Shown here: one piece after another, positions 52,555 through 64,000 of the stretch
Layout: each line of letters opens with the position of its first letter
Position numbering within the stretch: the first letter of the stretch is position 1
From: Octopus vulgaris
Lineage: Eukaryota
Reading direction: 5' to 3'
Assembly: GCA_951406725.2 (NCBI GenBank)
Contig: OX597829.1
Location: 15,438,001 to 15,502,000 of the forward strand
DNA length: 64,000 nt
Notes under the pieces: generated by a model
The model's database searches: none
Told to the model about the DNA's origin: nothing
What the model saw: only the letters and a program-made list of their open reading frames with translations
Position numbers and translations under genes: made by a program

Positions 52555-53676
52555 GTAAACATTCTCAAATTTGAATTTTTCCTGTTACATCGAGCCCTCC
52601 CTTAAATCTTCCGAGAGGAAACATTCTTGCTATAACCGCGAAATATTTATTCCTGAAATCCGTCACTAATACTTAGTATTGAAAGGTGGGCGAATTCAGT
52701 TGTAGAGATAGTACACATCTGAGAAAGAATTGGCGAGGAAGGTTATTTTGATTCGGGGGTTATTTTTTGTTGTTCCATCTTCGTTTTCTTTTTTTGGCTT
52801 TGTCTCATTTTCGACTTGTATCAGCAAATGCCAGCGGTTTAAAAAGTATTAACAACTCCACTGTATGTAAATATAAGCTCTGTTCGACACAGTGCATAAT
52901 TTAGCACGTGGTAGTAAACGTGAAGTACGACTGTATGAATCTATATACATATTTCCGCGAAGAATCTTGCTACATATCCGGAGAAAAAGAATAATAGAAC
53001 GTGTATTTATTTTCATGTATATACTTCAACAAATTTCCAACGTGTTATTCCGACAGATTTACATATATATATGTAGAGGGAGAGAGAGATTTATATATAT
53101 ATACATTTACATATATGCATCTATTGAGAGAAACATATACACATAAATATATACTTACATTTACATTTATATATGTGCGTATGTGTGTGTGAATGTTTGT
53201 GTTTTATATATATATGTAAATATATACATGTGTGTGTGTTATATAGATGTATGTATGTGTGTACATATGCATTCAAATCAGCGTTATACTAGTTTAAAAT
53301 ATTTATGATGGTTCCAGAATCTGACAGTTCTTTGGTTAATCCAAGTCTTGAGAATGGAACGTAGGGAAACATAAAATTTACATTGTAATAGAGATACTTT
53401 CACAACTGACACGATATTATTTTGTCTCCATTTAAAACGCAATATCCCCTTCTTTAAGGGAAGCGATTGATTTCCACGTCATAAAACATTGGTATTGAAG
53501 CTCAACATTTGGAGCGGAATCTTCCAGCAAGGGTAGTTTGGATTAGTGTGTGTATGTGTGTATGTGTGTATGTGTGTGTGTGTGGGTGTGTGTGTGCATG
53601 TGTTGTTTCTGTGTGTATAGGTATGTGTGTGGTGTGCATGTGTGTGTGTGTGTGTGGTATGCGTGTGTGATTATAT

Positions 53677-54080
53677 TCTTCTTCTCTTTACTTATTTCAG
53701 TCATTTGACAGCAGCCATGCTGAGGAACCAGCCTGAAGAGTTTTGTCGAACGAATCGGCCCCATGATTAATTTGGTTTTTTTTAAACCTGGTACTTAAAA
53801 TATCAGTTTCTTTTGCTGAACCGCTAACGTATGGGAGGGGGCTAAACATATCAAAACCGGTTGTCAAGTGGTGGTGGGGGACAAATGCAGACGTAAAGAC
53901 ACACCCATAGATATATATGTGTATACGCCGGGCTCCTTTCAGTTTCTGTGTACCAAGTCCACTTACGCGGCTTTGGTCGGCCCGAGGCTATAGTAGAAAA
54001 CACTTGTCCAAGGCGCCACGCAGTGAGACTGAAACCGGATCCATAGGAAGCAATCTTCTTACCTTACAACTGTGCCTGCA
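53677..54080 (-). mobile_element. SINE A, diverged
   Basis: TTTCAGTCATTTGAC...GCTTTGGTCGGCCCGAGGCTATAGTAG...GCCACGCAGTG. Confidence 0.85.
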
Positions 54081-54180
54081 TCAATACTCTGTGGAAAATT
54101 TGCAAATATAACCCAAAAGCAAGCCGAGAGTTTCTATCATGACACATATATAATTAAAATCACATATTTAATAAATATTG

Positions 54181-54183
<3 letters not shown>

Positions 54184-54240
<57 letters not shown>
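54184..54240. repeat. (TC)n microsatellite
   Basis: Seen directly in the sequence. Confidence 0.95.
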
Positions 54241-54243
<3 letters not shown>

Positions 54244-55260
54244 ATACACTCCGTGGTTGAATTGTAAAGGATCAATTGGATTATTATACTAACGTTCGAG
54301 CCATCTCGGGGGCTCTCTTGTTCTGCCTTTATTGATGGGAGAACGTGGTGGTCACTAATTTCGAGATAATGGAAATGAAGACCAGATTAGATCAGAGTTA
54401 CCTGAGTTCCGTTGATGAAATTAACGAAAGGTGAAAATATTTATTTGCGACACGATCTTTCTCTCCCTGGCTGCTCCCGTTGTTTAGCCATAGTGGTTAT
54501 TTTCGTAATGAAGCTAAAAATAAGTTTAGTAAAGATATTGCGACTATTTTTCGAAAATTTTACATTGTGCTGGTGCACCAGTTAATAACTAAACCAAATT
54601 TGTTTTTCTTCGCGGCGTGTTATTAATATTTCTGTTTTAATATTTCCAGCAATTTTGCAGTCCCTATGTCAATATTTTGTATGTGTCCTCTATGTGTATC
54701 AAGCTCGTCGACATTATTTGTAGGATAAATATATATTTTCTACATCAGCATCATAATGGTGGCTTCGGAATACAGTTAATACACAATTTACTTGCCTGTC
54801 ACTTTATTATATTGAAGCTGTAGAATTACAATTGGAGCGGCTAGCGTATTAATACCTATTATCTTATTTCCATTGAGTTCTTTTTATGTGATAAGTGTAA
54901 CAATTCTGTAGGAACAGTTGTTGGGCTTCATCATTTCTAGATTTTTATTTTATTCCTTTAATCTATTACTTTCTAGTTGTAAGATTTTTTTTTCTGCATC
55001 GGGTTATTTGATTTCTGTAGGTATGTCAAAATTAATATTCTACATTTTAAAATCAATTTTCCAATTACACTATTAGATTTCCTTTTTTTTTTCCGTCTAG
55101 GATTCATGAACAAATCTTCATAGGGCATCTAGATAGGCAAGACGGACATTGTATCTTGTCCGGAAATATGGTAGGGAGTCTATATAGAGGAGATGGTTAC
55201 TGTTATTACTATATCTAAGGCGGCTAGCTGACATAATAGTTACCACTCCGTTAAAAGTGT

Positions 55261-55565
55261 GGAGGCACATGGCCTAGTGGTTGGAGCAGCGAACTTGCGG
55301 TCAAGGGATCGCGGGTTCGAATCTCAGACCGGACGATGTGTGTGTTTATGAGTGAAACTTCTAAGCTCCACGCGGCTCTGGCAGAAGGTAATGGTGAACT
55401 TCTGCTGACTCTTTTGCCACAACTTTCTCTCACTCTTTCTTCCTGTATCTTGCAGCTCACCTGCGATGGACCGGCGTCCCGTCCAGGTGGGGAACCTATA
55501 CGCCAAGAAACCGGGAAACCGGTCCTTATGGCCGACGCATGGCTCGAGAAGGAACAAACACAACA
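55261..55565 (+). mobile_element. SINE C tail type 1, inserted into a SINE B (55217-55745)
   Basis: TSD ACTCCGTTAA(A/C)AGTG at 55245-55259 and 55566-55580. The flanks rejoin into a SINE B. Confidence 0.9.
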
Positions 55566-56403
55566 ACTCCGTTAACAGTGCTTATCGGCGTTTCTTCCGA
55601 CTTTTTGCTCTGAGTTAAAACACCGGGGTCGACTTCGCTTTTATCTTTTCGAGGACTATAAAATAGGTACCAGTCGAGCACTGGGGTCGATGTAATCGAC
55701 TGAAGTGTCTCCCAAAAATTGATGGCATTGTACCATCAATTTTAACAGAATCAGAAACAGTTATGGTACAGCATTGGTTTAACAGAATCGTTAGAGTCTC
55801 GGAAAAATGTCTTCCATTATTTGTTCCAATCATTTAAAATCTGAATTGAAATCCAGTTGAGGTGTAGTCAATTTTCATTTTTGATACTTCGTGAGAGTCG
55901 TACATTGAGTACCACCAGTCAAAGTGTGAAAGAAATAGATACGGACTCACCTCGCTGGACTTGTGCCTGTTTCGTTTCTTTCCTTTCACCGAGAAGGAGT
56001 AGGCAGTGTTTATCTCTCTCGTGGCCATGGATAAAACTGAAATGGTACCAGGAAATGGTACTTTCCTCTTTGACTAAACCCTCATTAATTTTTTTCAGAA
56101 GTGAGGGTGTAAAGCAGTGTACTGCCTTTCAGCAAATTTGTTGAAAGTTAGATGAGAGTGGTGAACATAAACCAAATGATTGAGCGTATTCTGAGAATGG
56201 TCCCGTAGTCAGGAGGAGAAATTTGCTTTAGTAACTCTGAAAGTCTCCTTTATTTTAAGGATATTTTCCCTTTTTTTATTTTTGTTTCCGTTGTTTACAC
56301 TTTTTATCTAATCCCACGTTGCATCAACCTTTTATCCTCTTCAGCTTTTATCAATCCTTTGTGTTAAATGCAGAAAGCATTGTTATTATTATTGTCATTG
56401 GAT

Positions 56404-57105
56404 AAGGTGGCAAGCTGGCAAATGCTTGGCGGCATTTTGCCCGTCTTTACGTTCTGAGTTGAAATTCCGCCAAAGTTGACTTTGCCTTTCATATTTTAGG
56501 GATCGACGAAGTACCAGTTGAGCACTGGGGTTGATGCTATCGAAATACTGGCCGAAAATACTGGCCTTGTGCCAAAATTTGAAATGATTGTTATTGTTGT
56601 TGTTATTGCTATTGTTACCCTTATTACTATCGCTATCATCACTACTAGTTTCAAATTTTAGTACAAGGCCAGCAATTACGGGTGAAGAGAAAAGTTGATT
56701 ACATCAACCCCAGTGTTAAACTAATGCTTATTTTATCGGTCCCGAAAGGATGAAAGGGAAAGTCGATCCCGACAGAATTTAAACGTAGAGCGTGAAAAGG
56801 GACGACATGCCGGTGAGCATTTCGCCAGGCATGGCGAAAATTCTGCTAGCCCACCACCTTATCATTCCTATTATTGTTATTATCATTATATAAGGCGGTG
56901 AATTGGCAGAACCGTTAGCACGCCGGGCAAAATGCTTAGTGGCATTTCATTTGTCTTTATGTTCTGAGTTCAAATTCTACCAAGGTCAACTTTATCATTC
57001 ACCCTTTCGGGGTCGATGAAATAAGTGCTAGTTATGCGTTGGGGTCGTTGTAATTGACTAGCCCCACCTCTCCTAAAATGTCAGTCCTTGTGTCTTCACT
57101 AGAAA
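56404..57105. mobile_element. Cluster of three SINE B copies (+ 56404-56585, - 56650-56860, + 56892-57105)
   Basis: Each carries the SINE B head and core. Confidence 0.88.
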
Positions 57106-57116
57106 TTATGATTATG

Positions 57117-57196
<80 letters not shown>

Positions 57197-57221
57197 CATT
57201 AATATCATTATTATTATTATT
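57105..57221. repeat. (ATT)n array at the 3' end of an R4/Dong element
   Basis: Seen directly in the sequence. Confidence 0.95.
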
Positions 57222-57820
57222 GCATAGCTTCTAACGCTGAGATGTATTACAGTGTCAGCTGTTCACTACCAGTGAACTAAGGTGACAACTCTTATTTTTC
57301 GACCACCTTCCGGAGTATACGAGCAGCTCTAAGCAGTGCTGTTTTCTACAAGTGCTCCACCCTTATTGCAGCCCCTGTTTGTTCCGCGTACTTCTCGATA
57401 TTTTTTCTCGCTATTCCCAGGCCTCCGACAATTATTAGTACTACTACTACCTTTTTCATCGACCACAACTGCTTAACTTCCCAAGTTAACCTGTCATATC
57501 TCTCGACTTTTGTTTCTTCCTTATCGATTACCTTGTTGTCAGCTGGGCATGCTATATCTATGATCCAGCATAGTTTGTTTTCTTTCTCAATTAAGACTGT
57601 GATTTCCTATTCTCAATTTCATGGTCGTACTGAATCATAAAATCCCATAGGATCTTTGCATTTCTATTTTCGACAATGCTTTCAGGTTTGTGGTCGTACC
57701 AATTTTTTGCTCTGTCAAGTCCATACATGTTGCAAAGTGTCCAATGGACAAGCCTGGCTATATTGTCGTGGCGTCTCTTATATTCCTTCTGGGCTAGTGG
57801 CGTACATTGGCTGGTAATAC

Positions 57821-58040
57821 GAGCTGGCAGAAACGTTAGCACGCCGGGTGAAATGCGTAGTCATATTTCGTCTGCCGTTACGTTCTGAGTTCAAATTCCG
57901 CCGAGGTCGACTTTACCTTTCATCCTTCCGGGGTCGATAAATTAAGTACCAGTTACGCGTTGGAGTCGATATAATCGACTGAATCCGTTTGCCCTTGTTT
58001 GTCCCTTCTGTGTTTAGTTCCTTGTAAAGGAATAGGTATA
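57821..58040 (+). mobile_element. SINE B inside the R4/Dong element
   Basis: Matches 31947-32176. Confidence 0.9.
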
Positions 58041-58263
58041 ACCTTCAGTACAGTCTTTAGGATGTAAATACCTTTGTCTTTCTTGTTCTACAATCTATAC
58101 CGCTTAGTTCTGCTTTAGTCCAAGTAAGGAAGGCAGCAGAATATTGTATTAGATGACTATCCATGAGTTAATAACAGATATGCTGTTCTCTTCTGTTTTG
58201 AGCTTATCACAGTTTTTATTCTCCTGGGATATTCATTTCTCACCTTTTCTTTCATTTCTTAAC

Positions 58264-58566
58264 TGAGAACTAGTTATTGCAGGTAGATTACAATATATTA
58301 CCCAGTGAGATGAATGAAAATAGTTGCCATCAATTAAAAAGATAAAGAAGAACAGTATGGCGAAAGAGTTACAGATATTTAATCAAGTCTTGGACAAAAT
58401 TAGAAATAATGAGATCACCATGACCAACAAATTAATGTACGAGGGGATGCTCAAATGTTCCTTGTTTTAAGGGTATCGTGAAAGGCTTGGCTGGAGGCTT
58501 AATCTTCCGAGCTCTTGTATATGGCTTACAAAAACTGAAGGACTACTGCAATAAATGTGTGAATCT
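58264..58566. repeat. 303-bp inverted copy of 60093-60395
   Basis: Reverse-complement identity with only scattered mismatches. Confidence 0.95.
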
Positions 58567-60000
58567 TTGATTTCTTCACTATGAATTTCATCTGCCTCGA
58601 ATAGACCTAGGTCTTCTAGGTGTAACTCTTCTTCATTGCTCAGATTGATGTCTCATGTGGGAGCTTCATCGCTTCTGACTTGAATATTTTCCCTCTGTTC
58701 ATAACTAGCATAGCACATTTATCTTTTCAAAACTTCACGCTAATATCATCACTCACTGTTCTAACGGTTTGAACCAGTGAATCGAAAACTTTCTCAATTT
58801 GAACAAATAATTTCAGGTCACCCATAAACAAGAGGTGTCTTGTTTACTCCCCATTGGAAAATTCGAGGCATAATTTAATCTCTGTTATGTTAAATATAAG
58901 TGGTGAGAGTGTATCACCTTGCAATATTCCCCCAGTTTTGTTTACATCACCTATCTTATCTTGACCCGATGTTAGAATAGTTCTCCATGTTGGCATATTG
59001 TTTTGTAGAAGCAGGACAATATTCTCAGCCATCCCAAATATCTTGAGGCATTCTGGAATCCACAAGTGAGCCTTTTAGTAAGTTTATCTTTCTGCTTTTG
59101 ACGTCCCTGAGACTTGCTGACATACTTATAGTAGATTGTGTTTTCCTTAGAATCTTTTCTACATCCTTTCTCTTTTATTTATTTATTTATTTATTTATTT
59201 ATTTGGCAAAGATCTCCCTCTTCAAGATACTTATTTCCTTCCCAGTAACGTCTGTTTGCAACTTCTACATCAGCGGTGGGCAAAGTTATTGGTCGGTAAT
59301 CACTTGCTATAAGTAATTTCTTTTGATTCAATATCAACATCGCCCTGCCTGCCTCCATCCATTCAGGGACATCCCCTGTCTCAATATAGCTATCTAGTTG
59401 TGTTTTATTCTATCATGAAGCGCAGTGAAACGTTTTAGCCAAAATCCCTGGACCGAATCTGATCCAGGTGATTTCCAGTTTGGCATCCCTTTCAAGACAT
59501 TTTAAAACTTTTCTCCTGTGATCTCTACGTTTCTCTATTTTGGCAAATCTGCGTTGTCTTTATATTTTTTAACCATTCTGCATCACCATTGTGTTTCACT
59601 TCATGATTCCTAATATTTCACCAAAATTTCTTTGTCTCTTCTTTGTTAGGCAGTACGTTCTTTGTACCATCTCCATTTAGTTCCTTGTAAAATCAACTTT
59701 GATCTGTTTCGAACAACTTAGTTTGTCAAAACTGTTCAGTTTGTTTTTGTATCTCTTGATCTCGGCAGCTTTCGCTTTTATCTTTTGTCTTAATTCTCCT
59801 ATATCTTATTTTTTCTGCCAGTACTTTCTTTGGATTGCTTCGTGGAATCTTAAACTCGTCGCAAAGAATTTCTACCCTCGCAAGACCTTTTTACAACTAG
59901 TCTACCTGTCCTTGCGACCGCTTTCCCACGAGGGTTCACTTTCTCTTGAGATTGGGATATCTTCAATCTAAGTCTTTCCATTAATACCACTGCTGCAGCA

Positions 60001-60221
60001 TACGAGTTGGTGCTGAAAAGTTCCTGGCTTTGGATAAATGAAAATACAGCAGGATTAGTTAATAATGATTTTATTCAACATATTCTCTTCTCAGATTCAC
60101 ACATTTATTGCAGTAGTCCTTCAGTTTTTGTAAGCCATATACAAGAGCTCGGAAGATTAAGCCTCCAGCCAGGCCTTTCACGATACCCTTAAAACAAGGA
60201 CCTTTTTAGCAGCCCCTCGTA
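60001..60221. mobile_element. Mariner-type MITE with TA target
   Basis: TIRs TACGAGTTGGTGCTGAAAAGTTCCTGGCTTT and AAAACAAGGACCTTTTTAGCAGCCCCTCGTA. It splits the host reading TNKLM|YAAAVV. Confidence 0.85.
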
Positions 60222-61548
60222 CATTAATTTGTTGGTCATGGTGATCTCATTATTTCTAATTTTGTCCAAGACTTGATTAAATAACTGTAACTCTTTCGCC
60301 ATACTGTTCTTCTTTATCTTTTTAATTGATGGCAACTATTTTCATTCATCTCACTTGGTAATATATTGTAATCTACCAGCAATAACTAGTTCTCAACCAG
60401 GAAAGTTAATTTCTTGTTCCTCGTGCACAGTTAGGTGTATTTCGATACGTGGTATCTAAACCTCCATACCTCTGCATTCAGTATCATTAACATTTATCTA
60501 TCTTACATTATTATTTTCAGTTTGGTAAGTTCTACATTTGATTTCTTCGATTCGTACTTCTGTTAACCAGCATTTCATTTTTTTTATGCCTTACATGATC
60601 ACTTAATCTCCACCGGGACTCATCAGATATTCCATGTTCAAGTCAATATCTTTCACACTTCTGTCCATATAGCCAAATCTGTTAGGTTCACTTCGGATAT
60701 AAGATTCCATCACGGGTTTCGTTCAGTCTGCTCCAGTCAATCTTTCCTCCTTTCTTTTGTACCACATTAACTCGATGACGAACGGTCCTACCCTTTGGGG
60801 TATCATCCTCCCCCTCATCATCATCATCGCCATCGTCATCATCATCATCCTCATCATCCTCATCATCATCATCATCATCATCATCAGTATCAATAGCATC
60901 TTCGCAATCAGTGTGTTAGCGTATGCATGTGCAAGTGTGCCTCTACACACAGCAACACACACACACACCAAAAAGCTCACACAGACACACAAATACACAT
61001 AACAAACACACATGAATACAAACGTTAATACATACCTACGTTATAAACACACAGTGTAGCACAAAAATGTCTTCTCGTTTTTATGTTTTATTACTTTCTC
61101 AACGCCATTAATGGCCCGTGTAAAAATATTTGTTGCCGTCATAAATGCATGCTATTGTTGTTCCAGGAATACTGTAAACAATTATTTGCTTACACTCTAA
61201 ATAACACATTCATCACAATATTTCACTATTTCCTATAAATGTTGTAGGCTGTTGTTAATGATATTACTCCTGTTGTTATTGTTGTTGTTTAAGTGTTTGC
61301 TGTTATAATACTTGTGTCTTTTGGTTTATTTTGTTATTCTGCTTTAGTTGTTGTCCTACATATATTTGCTAGATTATTTTTCACTATTATTCTTATGTAT
61401 TTAATATTTTATTAAATCATTTTTTGTTTGTTTAACTCTTGATTTTTCTTTCCGGTCATATCATGGAAACCCACTTAGATATCATATTTAATACGTATTT
61501 ATAGCTGTCTGCCTCCCACAAACCTATATGCATATACATATACACATT

Positions 61549-61597
<49 letters not shown>

Positions 61598-61839
61598 ATG
61601 TAATATAATATATATGTATGTATAAATATATATATGTATATATGTGTATGTATATGTATATATGTATGTGTATATATGTATGCGTATATATGTGTATGTA
61701 TTATGTAAGTCTATACGCATGTATATGCAAGTATATATGCATATGTGTGCCTGTATATGTATAATCAGTTTTATGATACTTATATGTCGTACAAGGATTT
61801 CAGATGAAGTAATAATTTCTTCTTGTTTTTAATAACATT

Positions 61840-62020
<181 letters not shown>

Positions 62021-62473
62021 ACTGTTGTTTTCCTTGTAGAGTTAGTTTTTATTACCCTTAATATTATTAATATGATGATTATTTTGTTGTCCGTCCTTCA
62101 TTTTATATCTGCAAAATGTTCTGCCTTTTACTACTAAAGATGAATAATTTAGTATGTGTCGTTTTTATAAAGATAACTGCTCGCATATTTACATGCATTT
62201 ATCCGCCATAAATTTCTAAGAGAAAGATCGGCCATTAGAAATTATTTTTCTAGTTGATACTTAGCTCTCGGCTAGCCATGATGGAGAAGACGTAAGATAA
62301 AAGTCCATCCTGCTGGATTATATAAGCCTGGATTACATTGTGCAATATGGCCTTTATCTTTCATTATGGCATAGTTTGTGATTTACTATTGGCATGGTTT
62401 GTATTTATCCCATTTGGATGGTAACTAATAGGAGACCACCTATAATATATGATATATGTACATTTGGTATTTG

Positions 62474-62520
<47 letters not shown>

Positions 62521-63129
62521 CATACATACAGAAAAGCATATATATTAATGTTAGTGTACGTAAATATAATATATGCATACATGCATTTATATATGTATAT
62601 ATATATTGGTGCGTGTGTGTGTGTGTGTTTAAAATGTATCAATAGTTTGTTGAAAGTAAACCAACGAACAAATGAGCTCAGGGATTGGGTTTTTGGTTTC
62701 CTTTGTTCAAGTGACAAGTTTATCAAATAAATGTCGAGATTTTTTATAATTTTCAATAAATCTTTGATTTTAATCTAGGGAAGTCATTAAACAGTTGACT
62801 GATTTTTGTCTATATGAGGGATTTTTCAAGGTATATGACTGTGATTTAGGAGTTTCTATATAAATATATGTATGCTCGTGAGTATTTGGTGATTATTTCA
62901 AAAATATTCTCCTCAATAGTTGTTAAATAACAACAGTAACAAAAATATTAATATCTGACGGTGACTTGCTTTGGTTCATATGGGAAAGTCATTCTGTAAT
63001 AAAGTTTTCAGTGTCTCTATAAATAGTTTTAATGTATTTAATTTCGGAGTAAATATTTTGATAAATTACTTTTCCATTTTTTTCTATTATTGAACATCAT
63101 CCCTTGAGGACTTATAAAATAGGGAAATC

Positions 63130-63790
63130 TTGAATTTGGTATTTCTGCAAACTTCTATATGATCACTCAATGGAATTCTCCTTCATTCCAGTTGTCTTAT
63201 CGGCTGTTTATATAGAATCCTACAGAGAAATAAAAAATGAGCAACTCAAAATGGCCTTTATCACCAGAGCTATAAATTAGCGCTGAAAGAGAACACGCTT
63301 GCTTTTACAGAAAAGGTATAGGAAGAAATGGTATAACTATGGGCACAATAGCGTCACTTAGCTTTGCTAACTTAGTGATTGTTTATTTAAAAATGTGAAA
63401 TCATAGCAAGAAGTATTGAGAACATTTGTTCAACGTTTTAAAATCTATGTTATAGAGAAATAGTAACCCTTCTTGATGGGTATTATATATCTTGAGCCAA
63501 ATCAAATGATGAACTTCATATATTTTACAACATTTTGAGCAAGTTTTATCCATCCAATGAATTTACATCAGAAACTAGTCAAAGTAACGTTCTTACAAAC
63601 TTTCACTCATCAAACGGAACGTTCTTCTGAATTGTAAGGCACGACATACTTGTAGAACAGATGACCTAAAAATCCGATAAATTAAACTATATCAACCTAG
63701 AGGCTTTCGACATCTTCATTAACAACTCCTGGGAGTTAACAAACAAAGAGTTTTAAAATGTAAAGGAATAGCGTTTATCACAACTTAAGA
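63130..63790 (+). mobile_element. Penelope-like element RT fragment, decayed
   Basis: Reads GITMGTIASLSFANLVIVYL (compare PLE GTAMGT..AP.YANL.M..LE), then ELHIFYNILSKFYPSNEFTSETS (compare L..F...LN..HP.I.FT.E.S). Confidence 0.65.
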
Positions 63791-64000
63791 CGCTGAGGAA
63801 AATTTGAAAAAAATATTATTGTTCGTCTCCACACATTACTCTTGAATGATTAACTTGTTCACTACCATACAAGCAAATCTATCAATCCTATTTCGAAGTC
63901 CCAAAATAAAGGGAAAATGTAGTCGATGGAAATTGACTACATATCGCTCACTTTATTAGTATTTGCTTTGTATAGTAATAATGATTTTTCACGTTAGTAG

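Larger units (their letters stand above)
57222..60720 (-). mobile_element. R4/Dong-like LINE, long decayed copy with intact 3' end
   Basis: Reads GILQGDTLSPLIF; ITSQCTPLAQKEYKRRHDNIARLVHWTLC...WYDHKPESIVENRNAKILWDF; and ALLRAARILRKVVEK*, followed by a short UTR and (TAA)n. Confidence 0.9.

Overview
This is an AT-rich, repeat-saturated animal (non-prokaryotic) intergenic or intronic window. The mix of very long (TA)n/(TATG)n/(ATT)n microsatellites and tRNA-headed SINEs looks like an Octopus-type cephalopod genome; that assignment is from recall, not a search. I found no convincing host protein-coding exon, rRNA, intact tRNA or CRISPR array. Nearly all listed ORFs are microsatellite translations or pieces of decayed transposons. 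Recognisable content: about 12 R4/Dong-like (RT plus REL endonuclease) LINE fragments, all on the minus strand and tied to trinucleotide arrays; Tx1/L1-like, RTE, CR1-like and Penelope-like fragments; two internally deleted mariner elements and a mariner MITE; a pogo/Tigger fossil carrying four nested younger insertions; hAT/Charlie MITEs; a non-autonomous Helitron; and three SINE families (called A, B and C here). Best leads: (1) a 287-bp insertion with an 11-bp TSD carrying a hammerhead-ribozyme fold followed by AATAAA, plus a second decayed hammerhead; (2) a GG-ended, 8-bp-TSD MITE carrying TTAGGG repeats, in two copies; (3) one tRNA-Arg-like SINE head joined to four different tails; (4) a LINE/SINE 3' hairpin showing compensatory changes; (5) a 5'-UTR motif shared by unrelated LINE clades; (6) a 303-bp templated inverted duplication; (7) a junction-born 33-bp minisatellite. 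Coordinates of decayed elements are approximate and were read by eye.
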